63,450 bases of DNA, filler included, from Lenisia limosa (GCA_001655205.1; 10 parts of 10 records of this genome joined end to end with filler, not necessarily neighbours in it); one strand, 5' to 3'. Counted from the whole stretch's first letter, positions 17,001 through 29,569 are shown. Notes: generated from the sequence alone by a model not told the origin. Made by a program: numbers and translations.

Positions 17001-18057
17001 AGGAATTACATAGTGCACTTTTTTCAAATAACATCTGCTAAGCCCGCTCGGAAATATCAAAGTTTGGATATTGACAGGTCTAACGTCATTGGCAAAGTTT
17101 TGCTTGTCCGGCTTCTTCGGTAACAAATAATGAACTAAATACTTTAAAGTCCTCGATAAATAACTCTATTTTTCCGGTCTTTTTCGTACAGGAGTGAAAC
17201 CCTAGTCTTTCGTGTACTCATCCCACCAGGCAGCAGGACTGATACCTATTGCTCACAAGTCTGGAGGTCCTCTCATGGACATTGTCAGCGATGATGGGTC
17301 TTTGGGTGGGGGGCTTTCATGGACATTGTCAGTTCCTGACACAAAGTCTTGGTAAAAGACTTTCCTGTCTTCTTACTCCCCAACCTGTCCCCCCTGACCA
17401 CCCAGGATTCCTTGCCGACTCTGTTGAGTCATACGCGGACGCTTTTCAGAGAGTGCTTTCTCTCAATGATGAAGAGAAACAGGAAATCCAAGTTGGGGGG
17501 GAAGCAAAGAACAGGAAGCAAAAAAATACATAATATCGTAAACCAAATGCTATTCAACCTCGCCTCATGCAACCTGAAGCTCTTCTGAACATCTATTATC
17601 AGGCTCATTTAATACCTAATTTTTGTTATGATTATATGGCTCATTGTCCAATATTCCACTCTCTTGAAACCAACTTCTTCCTACAAATTTCCTTCGTTTC
17701 CTCTCCTCCATTTTTTACTTCTCCCCCCCCCCCCNNNNNNNNNNCAATTCACGGTAATCCGGCTTGTTTTTTTTGTCATCTGGTTTTTGTCTAGTTTTGG
17801 CGTTGGTTGCTCGTTTTTTGTTTGGCGTTTCAGATTATTCGGTTCGTGATTAGTACCTTTACGCCAATATTCAATATTCTTCACGAAATTTCCTNNNNNN
17901 NNNNNNNNNNNNNNNNNNNNNNNNNNNNNNNNNNNNNNNNNNNNNNNNNNNNNNNNNNNNNNNNNNNNNNNNNNNNNNNNNNNNNNNNNNNNNNNNNNNN
18001 NNNNNNNNNNNNGAGAGGGCCTGGACCCAGCTCACCAGCACGCTCTTCAATCTCTAA
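14060..18057 (+). CDS. ALG11: GDP-Man:Man3GlcNAc2-PP-Dol alpha-1,2-mannosyltransferase; 5' exons missing or hidden in the gap at 13973-14048
   Basis: Spliced: [116 protein letters not shown]; terminal exon [14 protein letters not shown] (TAA 18055-18057). Confidence 0.95.
16220..16296. mobile_element. MITE family B copy
   Basis: AGTGACCGAATAAGTCCTGACC ... GGTCACGACTTATCCTGGTCACCG|TA; a second copy spans 16495-16628 across a gap, same ALG11 region. Confidence 0.8.
17789..17894 (+). repeat. Family D poly(C)-ended repeat, long copy, in last ALG11 intron
   Basis: GTCTAGTTTTGGCGTTGGTTGCTCGT...GTTCGTGATTAGTACCTTTACGCCAATATTC...AAATTTCCT then gap; shares blocks with 19973-20050 and (reverse) 61836-61938. 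Confidence 0.8.
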
Positions 18058-18172
18058 TTCCTGTGTCCTCTGGTTCTCTAGTTCCCAAGTTATTTATCAT
18101 TTTCTTCACTTCTTTGAGGAAACACTTCATGGGAAACAGTGGAAACAAACAACACTAATGCTAGGGGTAGCA

Positions 18173-19130
18173 CTAGTCCAAAACGTTATAGTCGTAGAGG
18201 AGCCCAACTACTCGCTGTCGGAGTGTCGCAGCTTTGAAGGGGTCAATTTTGAGACCCTATTCGATTACCGCAGAAAATGAGAAGGGCAAAAGAGATAAAC
18301 ATATTATGAAAGCGGGTTCACCATGAAAGCATGATCCACGCACATACAGTTAATGGAGCTTAACCCCCCCCCCACAGTTAATGGAGCTCCGTGGGCTAAG
18401 AGCTGCTCAATGACAGTGCAATGACCCCGCATAATTGCCAAAATGAGTGGGGTATACATCTATCGTATAAGATGGAATTTTCTATAGCAACAAGGAATAA
18501 AACACTCTGACCCCTAACCGAAGACGATTCATTGGAGACATCCACATCGTATACAATAAGGAGCTGGATGGTGAAATAACCGGCAATGGTAATGAACTAA
18601 AAGCCTTTCCGAAACCAGAAAGTTGCCATTCCAAACCCTCATAATCATAGCATCACAACCCGCATAACATTATGTACCCTGGGGATTTTCTCATCATCCC
18701 CACCCTCATAACATCAGAGAGGCCCAATTCTGCGGCAGACATGGCGGCTGTCCATCCATTCTGATCTGTTAGGGCTGCAAATATACCAGCATTGTCGCTT
18801 AAAATTTAGAATATTACGCCTTTAGATGAGCAGTAAAATGTCAACTCCCCCGTCTCTGAGACGATAATTGTGGGTCCTAATTTTTTTATTTTTGTTTCAA
18901 GCCGGTGCAACAATATCGGAAAATAGACAACAATGGACGAGTTATCGATCCAGCCTCTATTAAACAGTAAAGAAGGGTAAAGAGCCTCGCCTATGGAAGT
19001 ATAAAGAGCCTAGCTGCAGACGAATTTCATCCAATTGACATTGACCTCCGCTCTCAGTAGTTCATCAACAACATCCACTCGGTTGGTTTGGACAGCAAGG
19101 AGAAGGATTGAGTTACCATGCTTTGTTGTT
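18173..19130 (-). CDS. Ankyrin-repeat protein, 5'-truncated at contig end
   Basis: Exons encode HGNSILLLAVQTNRVDVVDELLRAEVNVN, DQNGWTAAMSAAELGLSD, YTPLILAIMRGHCTVIEQLLAHGA; last exon ends TAG at 18173-18175, convergent with ALG11. Confidence 0.8.
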
Positions 19131-19192
19131 AACACTATTGAAAAGTGTTTATAATATGTATTCATACATCTTGTATTAAGTAAGATATACTA

Positions 19193-19292
19193 NNNNNNNN
19201 NNNNNNNNNNNNNNNNNNNNNNNNNNNNNNNNNNNNTTAATTAATTAANNNNNNNNNNNNNNNNNNNNNNNNNNNNNNNNNNNNNNNNNNNN
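19193..19292. other. Artificial contig spacer (44 N + TTAATTAATTAA + 44 N)
   Basis: Identical 100-nt construct also at 20634-20733, 22006-22105, 25892-25991, 31651-31750, 47607-47706, 52977-53076, 56131-56230, 61185-61284; the 12-mer gives stops in all six frames. Confidence 0.97.
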
Positions 19293-19710
19293 CGATATTT
19301 ATGGAGGATTTATTAAGTCATTCAGTATAGTTTCGTGGAGAGTTATTTTTTATTTCCCATTACTATATATTTCGTACTGAGGTGAAATTTTAGGTATACA
19401 TGGTGTGGACGGCTTCGGCCAGACACAACCTTATTTTTTTATTTCTCATTGCTTACATATATGTATAGTAGTGAAGGGTGGGGGGTACAGATACGGTTTC
19501 ACTCGTCCAAACAAGATCAATAAAATATCGATATTTATTGAGGATTTATTGAAACATTCAGGAAAATTTCGTACCGAAGTGATATTCTAGGTTTATTAGA
19601 TGTAGAATGGGGGTACAGATGCGGTTTCACTCCTGTCCGAAAAAGACCAATAAAATATCGATATTCTCGAGTATTATTAAACCCTCCTGACTCAAATTTT
19701 ACTCCCCCAG

Positions 19711-20448
19711 GCTCCACAGCAGCCGTATGTGACGTGTACCCCTTGGTGTCCACGTGCTTCATTGAAATGGACGGCTTCGACCTTCTGGCACTAAACCAGG
19801 TGGGAGGTATACTTAGGGCTTCACTTAGGTTCGAAAAAAGACTGAATATCGCGAAACTATCGATATTTTTCCGTGTTTTTTCGTGTTTTGTTGTTATCAA
19901 CCCTCGTGTGTTGTCAGGCCACAGTGTTGATTTTTGGGCTTTTGTTGTTTCATAAATTTTCCAATTTTACTCCAGATAATTCAGTTCGTGATTAGTACCA
20001 TTACGCCAAATTTTTCATTGAAATTTCCTTCGTTTACCCCCCCCCCCCCNNNNNNNNNNNNNNNNNNNNNNNNNNNNNNNNNNNNNNNNNNNNNNNNNNN
20101 NNNNNNNNNNNNNNNNNNNNNNNNNNNNNNNNNNNNNNNNNNNNNNNNNNNNNNNNGAGCGCTGGGATTCTATCATAGAGCGCCACTTAGCTGCCTATAA
20201 GGTGGGGGGGGGGACTCCATAGATAACCACCACAATATACTAAATAAAAAATAATGTGCCCTAGTGATAAGATAGGGGGGGCTTGGGGTATAGCGGAGTG
20301 TTTATGGTAAATGACACAATCGCTTCATGATTTGTTCGACTTATCTGTTCAGATGACGCAAGACGTTTCATTCGTCCTCGTTGCCTTTGGTATTCCCATA
20401 AATGAGCCCGAACCGTCCAGGAAAGCCGTTTTGCTCGCACTTGAATTG
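19711..20448 (+). CDS. Class III adenylyl/guanylyl cyclase-like domain fragment (degenerate)
   Basis: Exons 19711-19799, <20157-20201, 20353-20448: AVCDVYPLVSTCFIEMDGF...WDSIIERHLAAYKMTQDVSFVLVAFGIPINEPEPSRKAVLLALEL, aligning with the VSVLFADIVGF / KTIGDAYM..GLP..HA..AL pattern. Confidence 0.65.
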
Positions 20449-21262
20449 GTTGGGTAAGGATTTAAGGAATAAAGGGGTTAATGGAGGGGTTAGGTTGTTG
20501 CGTCTTCCGCAGAAACGGTATTGATTGACTCTCCCCACTCCTCTGTTAATAGGGCTCACTTCGGTTCGAAAAAAAGACTGAATTTTCTCGATAAATCTTC
20601 GAAAATTATCAATATTGTTTGTTTTGTTGTTATNNNNNNNNNNNNNNNNNNNNNNNNNNNNNNNNNNNNNNNNNNNNTTAATTAATTAANNNNNNNNNNN
20701 NNNNNNNNNNNNNNNNNNNNNNNNNNNNNNNNNATTTTTCTGATTTCCACCTGATTTCTGATTTCCACCTGATTTATGACCGGTGGGATATGTATTGTGT
20801 AATAATCTCAGAATTAACAGGATAATGTTGTTTTATCTATTTTATTATATTTCACCACCTAGGATCTTTTCCACTCCTTCGCAAGTTCTTCAAATGCCAC
20901 TGATTTTCTGCAACATGTGGGTTTATTTTTTAAAAATGAGATATCGTATATCTATATAATAGCTATATTATGTATATATCTGATATAGAGATGAGAAGCA
21001 AAACAAGCTTGTATCTGGCCGAAGCCGTCCACATCATATCGCTCATAAGAGATATTGGAATATAGTAAGCTATTAATTCTGTGAACACATATCCACTAGT
21101 GATATGATCATATGATATCAATTACGAGTGGAAAATGGGTTTACTGTCAAAGGGATCCAAACGGAGATATAGTATCTCAGACTTGGGGTCCTTGGGACCG
21201 ACTCAGACCCGTTTGGAAAAGGGAATATTTTTTTACAAACAATACATGTAGTATGTGGGTCC

Positions 21263-21932
21263 TCAAAGCTCCGGACATCATTCAGAATTCCCGGACACAT
21301 CAAAACGCCCGGACAGCTTGAAGTTGACACCTTGTATAGGCCATTGCTAGTGTTTTTTGAAAAAATGTTCGACAGATACATAGAGAAATGGACCTCCTAA
21401 TGTTCCCTAACTTTTTTTTCAATTTTGAGCAAATGTCAAAAATCCGTGAATTTGGTCTCCCGGGAGGTCCCCCTTTTGCCTTTTCACAGGATTTTTTTCT
21501 GAATCTTAAAGCCCTTTTTTAGTGTTAAGAAACAAAAATTTGTACCCCTCGGAGTAATTGGTTACGGGTTTCCATTTGCTTTGGCTATGTAATGGTGAAT
21601 TTTGAGGGAAAAATGCTAAAAATAGCACTGTCTACAGGGGTAAACTTTCCCGGATAGTTGCCATTTATTCCTTGAATGTGGCCTTTTATAACGGTTTTTG
21701 CTTGTTTTTGACCGTTTTTTGACCGTAAATTGAGAGCTTAGGGACTTAATTTGGTTTTGACTCGATAATATGTTAAATTGGGGTTTCATTATTTGATTAA
21801 GATTGAGATTACTTTCAAAAACAGAAGGGAAATAGGGTTTCTGGGTGGTTTATGGTGATTTTGTATGGAAAACTCAAGCTGTCCGGGAGTTTTGATGTGT
21901 CCGGGAATTTTGAATGATGTCCTGAGCTTTGA
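21263..21932. mobile_element. Non-autonomous DNA-transposon-like element, 670 bp, ~58-bp TIRs
   Basis: Left TCAAAGCTCCGGACATCATTCAGAATTCCCGGACACATCAAAACGCCCGGACAGCTTGA versus reverse complement of right end, 3 mismatches; no coding interior, no clear TSD. Confidence 0.8.
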
Positions 21933-22570
21933 CTATACATATCGATATATCATTTTGTAGACAATGGACTTCAACCGTTCAGCCGACATTGATACTATCC
22001 AAAATNNNNNNNNNNNNNNNNNNNNNNNNNNNNNNNNNNNNNNNNNNNNTTAATTAATTAANNNNNNNNNNNNNNNNNNNNNNNNNNNNNNNNNNNNNNN
22101 NNNNNAGTTGCGACCTTATTCAGAAATATGGTGTTGGTGCCACTCCACTCAGAGCCGACTACTGTCCATCTTTCTACCTTGCTAAGGACGCGTTCTAATG
22201 GACACATTTATATGTTGCCATGTTGAATTATCACGGCTTTATAAGGGGCGATATTTTGAACCAATACATTCTTCATATGACTTAAAAAGACTTTAACATG
22301 AGAATTGCTATCGTTTTACTTAAAAATTAAGCCCCCCCTCTAACATCGGGTAATATATCAGAAAGAGTCTGAATTGCAATAATTATAGTTTAACAGACCC
22401 TAACGCCTAATTACCAAGAGTTGTTCTGTAACCTCAATAGGGATTATAGTATAATAAGGAATATAAGTGGCAAACGTTAGTTCGTACTATGCTGTAAAAT
22501 AAGTTGGTTCTGGAGACGCTCAATTGCTCGCAGTTCAAATACATCCACATCCCCCCCTCCCAGAAACAAC

Positions 22571-25500
22571 TTAAAGAAGCAGAAGCAACATGCCTAGTCC
22601 AAAGGACGCAACTATACTTGCTGCCGGACCTATCGGGGTAAGAAGAGGGCAAGGAATAATGTAGGGTAACAATATGGCAAGGAATAATGTGGGTAAGAAA
22701 ATATTATACCGGAAGGTAATAACTAATTAATGTGGTGGGTAAAGAATTAATGTGGGTAACAGAATGTGAAATACAGAATTAATACTGCAAATAGAGTTAT
22801 TAAATGCGTAGGACGAACTGAGATGAATGTAATATAACAATAACGGTGAAGAGACATTAAAACTTCAACATGCAATACTTAGACAAATAAGAGTGTCCAA
22901 AAGAGGGCCCCCATACTATATCCCATGCAAAGTTCAGTTTCAGACTTGTCAGCCACTGTGGGATCCGCGTTGCATTCGTCTTCTGTCTAAAATAGTAAAT
23001 CAAGATATTTATAGCATTACATTCAATACAATAAAATTCATAAGATGCTATATATCATATACTATATGCTTGAGGTCCTAACATAAACTGAAAAAAAATT
23101 GCGCGAGCGTGGCGCTAAAAAACATTAAAGTTTGGATGATCTTGCAAAAACAATGAAATTTTTGAAAGGTTATTTTTTTCTTTGTTTCCCTTCATAAACA
23201 AATAAAGTGTGTATATCTCAGAAATATATTACTGTTTTGAAGGGGAATAGCTGATTTGGCGACCGTTAATAATTAACGACATTAATTCAAATTAACGACC
23301 TTGAGCATATATGATATGCTGATGGTTACTGATATATTATATGATATGCTGATGGTTACTTGATATATGATATGCAGATGGTTACTTGATGCTGAAAAGG
23401 ATGTGTTAATCATCACTCTATACAAGAGTATAAGAGCAGTCATAAGCATCATTTTAATAGAAACGAAACAATAATAATAAATATATAGCTATATTACATA
23501 CAAGTAATATATACTATATATACATGTATGTGATGAAGGAGTTGTATAAAATGAGTGCGAAAGTTAACCAACCCTGCACTTGAGACACTCCATATAACAT
23601 GTGGGTGTGGTACAGTCGGTGTCAAGTTGGCACTAAAACATCAACTACCCAAATTCATACTTGATTATTAATCAGGTTATAAAATCGAAACGGCGAAGTA
23701 GAAATGGAACTGTAACCGAGTGAGACTTATGTTAAGAGTAATTAAAACAATTTTTATTTCCCTAAGATAAAAACGTAGTGATTAGCACTATGGCTAGTAA
23801 ATAGCAGTAAGAAAGATGACGTCATGCTCCCCAACCTTTAAACCACCATCAACATAGTTGGTGGTTAGCACGTCACAAAACACCTCCTTAGTGTAGGCAC
23901 AGGCCTTTTCCCTTTCAACAACAGTGCAATTTCCGACATTCATTGCAGGGCTGAGAGTTAAAGTTGTTCAGTAGTGGGGCTGAGAGTTACTGTGCTTAGT
24001 ATAATATATGTAAAAATGAGGAAAAATAAAGGGAGCAGACCGAAGTCATCTACATGTCGAAATTTGAAACTAGTAAGAGGTGAGGCTTGGATGAGACTTT
24101 TAGAAGGGAGTATCTAAGCGATAGAAGGCAACCAAAAATATCGACTCTATTCGGCAAAAAGATAAGACCATTGAGGACTAAGGCAGCTAAACCAATATAA
24201 AACCTCGGAGTGTAATGAGTTTTCCATGGATTTTGGGGTACAGATTTTGACTACTTTTAACCATAATCCATGGATTCGGGCCTTGTTCTGGTTTGAGACC
24301 TTAATATTGGTAGAACCTGGGTGGTCGAAGCTTACCATTCAGATGCACAGTGGATCTCCATTTCCGAAACAGTGTAGCTACAGATTTCTTTCTGTTTTGT
24401 GTTAATGGAATGTGACTCAATAATTTCTATCAGCATTTCTTTCAAAATAGAACATGTAATTAATATACACCAAAACTTTTAAAATAAAACTTGGCAAATT
24501 ACCCCCACAGGATCAAAATACAGAAAAATGAAAAGATCAGCTATATTGAGGATTTATCAAGGATTATTTGAGGATTTTTCATGGATGTATCGAGAAATCA
24601 GTTAATTTCGGGACTGAAAGTAAGCGATATCACTGCTCACTTTTGAAAGGGCGATTCTGTTGTACTCTTCCTCGGTGTAAATTACGTCCAAATTACGTGA
24701 CTAAATCATAAGGAATCTGGGGGTGGGTCCTTATGTGTAGCAGAATAAAACACCATAGTCTGTACATATAATAATCCCACTTATTCTTTCTTTCACTTAT
24801 GAAAATCTGAACTGAATACTTTCAATTTATTATCTCATCTACTGTCCTTTAAACCTTTACAGCATACATGGTTTGGTTTGAAGCACAGCTGGTACAAAGT
24901 GTGGTCACAGAACTGCGAGGCTTTGGTCGGAGCTGGGGGAGTAAGATGGGCTTTATGCAGTAAGTCCCTTTTAAAACTGGGATCATAAAGACCAGTGATT
25001 GCTCTAACAAAGAACACCCGCAGAAATACAGCAAAATGAGAAGAAGGACTGGGGGGGGGGGGACTNNNNNNNNNNNNNNNNNNNNNNNNNNNNNNNNNNN
25101 NNNNNNNNNNNNNNNNNNNNNNNNNNNNNNNNNNNNNNNNNNNNNNNNNNNNNNNNNNNNNNNNNNNNNNNNNNNNNNNNNNNNNGAGGGGTAAGAAGAA
25201 TTAAAACTGCCTTTCACATTTCTTTCCCCGCATGAAATTTGGCCAGAAATAAGTGAGGACAATGCTATTCCTAAAATTCCTGAATTCAATTTCCCTCTTT
25301 CCATATCACAGCTGAATTGATTTGGTTGATGATGAGGTTACCGAAATCGATTGCTACAAATAAGCATTTCTGAAGGGCTAATAAAGTTCAAAATCGTTAT
25401 TATCCCGAAATTATGCTCTGCCATGTCACTGAGATAAGGGCATGAGATGATAATCAAACAGGTACGTGTAGGCCAAACAACATCTTCCCACTTTCGCAAG

Positions 25501-25576
25501 TCATTTCAACGCTTTCAGCAAACGACACCATTGTTACTGTGCTCAACAGAAAAAGGACCAGCACTGGAGACCCCAT
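22571..25576 (-). CDS. Secreted Cys-rich protein with hydrophobic C-terminus (possible GPI anchor)
   Basis: First exon MGSPVLVLFLLSTVTMVSFAESVEMTCESGKMLFGLH (signal peptide); Cys-rich exons (CDHTLYQLCFKPNHVCCK; CQLDTDCTTPTCYMECLKC); last exon PAASIVASFGLGMLLLLL*. Internal joins incomplete. Confidence 0.55.
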
Positions 25577-26149
25577 CTTCTCTGGAGTATTGTGAGTCCT
25601 TCGTTGCAATCAGGCTGCTCTTCAAATGTGACAGTCTATCAACACAATAATGTGAATTATATGATATTAGTACAAACGGGCAGCTAATCCGAAGCTATTG
25701 CTAATAAAGAGGCGATTGAGAGGGCAAATAATAGAGGGACAGGTGAGTGAGGTAGGTGGTGGCAAAAGAGCAAAGAAAAGATAAAAAACCCAAAAGACAA
25801 CAAGATCAGTTAGATCATACCCCAATAAGCTTTTAAGCCATTTTTTAAGCTCTCTCTACCACTCATCTACCCCTAAGAAGAGAGTGCCTCANNNNNNNNN
25901 NNNNNNNNNNNNNNNNNNNNNNNNNNNNNNNNNNNTTAATTAATTAANNNNNNNNNNNNNNNNNNNNNNNNNNNNNNNNNNNNNNNNNNNNCTAAGGGGG
26001 GTTCGCGAATACAGTTCGCAATTAAACCCCGTCATTTGATTTTTGACAGTTTTTTTTTTTGCAGTTTTAGGTTGTTTGGCTTGTGCTTAGTACCTTCACA
26101 CAAATATTCTTCATCGAAAATTCCTTCTTTTCACACCCCACCCCCCCAG

Positions 26150-27118
26150 GTTGAACGACCCACTACCCCGGATGAACTCAACTCCGACAGCGTTGAGCCC
26201 ACCCCTCTACCCCCCAGGTTAGGATTATATATTGTGGCATTCCTTACGTCCGAACCTGATCAATGACATACTCTATTATGCCCTAGTATCCACATAAGCT
26301 TTCAAAATTTGTGAACTTGTATTATGCAAAATTCAAAGAATCCCGCTTCTCATCATATTCAGTGCTCAACTCACCCTGCATGTAGCACCTCCGTCACAAC
26401 CCCCCCACCCTCTGCCTTAACCGCGCCTGTTCTCCTCTCTATTGCACAGGTAGGTTGGGTAGTACTTAACTCTGAACATCATCGTGAGGTAAAATCAACC
26501 TTCACATCGTTGTACATACAAAGAAAAGTATGCCTCCCCATGCTGACCCACGTAGAACACCTCCCAACTGATAAAAGAAGAGACTGATGACAAAACAGCG
26601 TCGGCTGAAATTGAGAGTTTCTTCAACCAGAGTGTCCCCGGAGATCCGATCATCAGATCTCGTGGTGGCAGCGCCTCATCAGGAAGGTTGGTATTTGGCG
26701 CTATCATGTCCCTTTTGGGGATCATTTTCACACGTTTGAACAGTTGTTATTTCTGAAGTCACCATTTGAAGTGACATTTCCAGGTCAGTGCAGTTCAGTG
26801 ATCATGATGACGTTGAAGATCTTGACAACAATGAAGGTCTTGGTGGGGGGTAAAGTATGGATTTTATGTATTTTCTTTGCCCCTATTCTCAGTATTCCCA
26901 TTCTCTTTGAACTTTTGGTTTTACCAATTCCCTTTTTTTTTCACCTCCAACCCCCCCTTTACGCCAGTATTCTTCATCGAAATTTCCTTCGTTTTACTCC
27001 CCGCTCCCCCCCAGACTCGGACCCGGAAGGCCCGGCCAGAGAAGAAAGCCCAAGCCCGAAGAGCATTCTCCGGATCCGCACCCCCGGACCTGTCTTGGAT
27101 GCCACCGTCGCCAAGTAG
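26150..27118 (+). CDS. 3' end of an uncharacterised Pro/Ser-rich protein
   Basis: Five phase-compatible exons: VERPTTPDELNS..TSVTTPPPS..SFFNQSVPGDP..RSVQFSDHDDVEDL..ESPSPKSILRIRTPGPVLDATVAK* (TAG ends 27118). Confidence 0.55.
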
Positions 27119-27425
27119 TTTTGTAGAATGTGATGTACCATAATGAGTTTTTGAAACTTGCTGAAAACTACTCAGATTGTTGATTCAGTATACATTTCAC
27201 GAGCAGTTCACAATTTCGGCAAGAAGAGGGCCGCCCGACATGCTCTGCTATAAGAATCATGGTCATAGAGTTGTTATATCTACATAACATTCTACCATTC
27301 TACTACCCCATGTAAGAATGAATGATGAAAAAACAGGCTAAAAAAGTAAAAAAAAAAAAAANNNNNNNNNNNNNNNNNNNNNNNNNNNNNNNNNNNNNNN
27401 NNNNNNNNNNNNNNNNNNNNNCCTG

Positions 27426-28100
27426 TCAGGAGGAAGGGGCTCCTTGGATGTGTGAGACCGGTGCGGGTGGGATCGGAGTGTGTGGTGAAAAAAAAAAAAG
27501 CAAGAGAGGAAGTGGAAGAAGAATTAGAATAAACAACACCATCGCAGAAGAGAGGAGACTAATACAAAAGTACAAAAGCAAGTTGATTGTTACTTGCTGA
27601 TCTGCAAAGATGATATCATTCACCCTTGGAGTTCTCAGCATATTGTTTGTCGCGTTTGTGTCATCATCTCCAGTGTATGTTGGGGTAAGTGATAAGTGAT
27701 AGGTGAAGATAGCGCAATCAGTTGTGAATTCATCGTCGGTCCAAGGCGGATCGGTCTCAAAATTCCCATCACTCCCCCTCCCCCAGACTCAACCAACAAG
27801 GAGACGTCCTCTTCACGGAGTCAACCAATGCGAATGCCGCTTTCCTCCAATCAGAGGCCGCCGTCCTGGTATGAGACATGAGACCAGTTCAGGGGATGCT
27901 GATGTTATTTATCTTATTGACTTCCTTTGTTTTATTAATGGCCTAACACATGATGTATGAATTCCAACAGAATAATCCATGTTTCTCACCCTATAGGAGG
28001 CCTCAGTGGTGGCAGTCCAAGATGTGGGGGGGGGGGTGTTCTCATATGCGTGACGCCTACTATACCATAAAAGGCCATACAAGTTAAGCCACGTGGTTAT
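27426..28100 (-). CDS. Putative membrane protein, 3' part
   Basis: ORF 27426-27641 has a long hydrophobic stretch (INLLLYFCISLLSSAMVLFILILLPLPLLLFFF); upstream exon structure unresolved. Confidence 0.3.
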
Positions 28101-28332
28101 TACCCATGTCATCAACCTTAGTACCAGTTGTCTTCACTCTACTGCATCTTTTTTACATAACCAAGTAAAATGACCAATCCATAATGTAAATCATGTTTCT
28201 GTCTCATATTTCTCCTCATACCACTTTTAGAATGTGAACACTTTAAGCCTGCAAGTTGAAAACCCTGTAAGTGGACTCCATTTGCATCAGTAAACAATCC
28301 AAAAATAAATACCTTCGACATTTTATTGCGAA

Positions 28333-28375
28333 CACAGGAAGCAGTAAAAGGAACATCCTTTTACTGCTTCCTGTG
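28333..28375. repeat. Perfect 20-bp inverted repeat with 3-nt loop
   Basis: CACAGGAAGCAGTAAAAGGA-ACA-TCCTTTTACTGCTTCCTGTG; arms are exact reverse complements. Confidence 0.95.
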
Positions 28376-28854
28376 GAATCGGGGGAGAAAACTATTGAGA
28401 GTGTTGGGGGTACATTTGCTGGAGAAGCATGCAGAAAACTGTGTTACAGAGTTGTCAATTATGTACATTAGTTTTATTTTTGTAAACGGATACTCAAGGC
28501 TTCTTTTGCTCGTCTACAAAATCATGGGCTTAAGCAAGGCCCTCTTGTTGAGTCATCAGAATATTGATAAAATAGGCGTTATTTTTTGACAAAAGTGAAA
28601 CCATATTTACACCGTAGAAAAAAGCTTCATCAGTTTACTCCTGCGCTGACCTGTTGGCTGCGTACCCGTCTTTGAGAAGTGGGTCAGTGGCTGAGTTATC
28701 TTTGAAAATCGAATATATAATATTGTAAGTCATTTTGTTGGTTACAAAGCAGTCATGAATAAATATTGCCTTATTAAGTCAATACTGTTCACATTCAAAC
28801 TGGTGTGTAGAACCATAGTGATCTGGCAATACTAAGTTGCAGAATTCTGATAGT

Positions 28855-29270
28855 TTAGATGAAAATGGCTTCTATTCGATCATCACTCGTGTTGGCATCA
28901 AACAGGTTGGTGAAGGTCACTTCATATGTTTTGTATTTGAAATAAATCTTTAGATAGTAGGAGTTAAATATGGATGTTGTATCACTTGTAGAGATATTGC
29001 TACACAGATTTCCCTGGAAAAGAGAAAAGGGTGTCTCATTGAGGCCGTTCACAAGAGTATCGTTTTAATAATTATAGAATAATGATTAATTCACTTCATC
29101 ATTTTCCTTTTAACTCCATGTTTAAATTTTCTGTACGTTGAAAAATAGCGACAGTTTCCCTTTTTATTTGTTTGACCATCAGGATTCCCAATGCTGTTTT
29201 GCTGACAATTACAGGTTTACTGTGAGTTCCGTGATGGAATGCCAACATTCACTATTCCATTCGTCTCTAT
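28855..29270 (-). CDS. Last two exons of an uncharacterised gene
   Basis: ETNGIVNVGIPSRNSQ|GNLCSNISTS..YLKIYFKYKTYEVTFTNLFDANTSDDRIEAIFI* with AG/GT boundaries. Confidence 0.3.
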
Positions 29271-29569
29271 GAGGTTGGGGGGGGGGGCTATTGGAATGNN
29301 NNNNNNNNNNNNNNNNNNNNNNNNNNNNNNNNNNNCGCAAAGGTGCTCCCCTATTGTAAATGTCCTTCACAAAAGTGTAAAACAAGGCATACCACTATAA
29401 ATCCTCGAAAACTATAGAGATGATACCGGTCTTTTTTGAACCGTAGTGAAGCCTTAGTTATAGAGAGAGGAACATGGTTAAATTGTAGTTTAGCGGCCTG
29501 ATTTTAAAGAGTGCTTTGATGAAATGACAATGTGTTATTTGAGAATAATTGTAACAATTCAGAGAACTG

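Noticed and set aside
22106-22200. Open frame SCDLIQKYGVGATPLRADYCPSFYLAKDAF* at contig start
   Set aside because: Could be a last exon but is too short and has no recognisable family or visible splice context.
27700-27880. Two in-frame TGA codons (27851-27853, 27821-27823, minus) in an otherwise coding-looking frame; none of my roughly eight predicted terminal stops is TGA
   Set aside because: Conserved Trp positions use TGG (kinase DIW, ALG11 MWNEHFG), no confident exon contains TGA, unresolved splicing explains it, and the stop sample is too small to suggest recoding.
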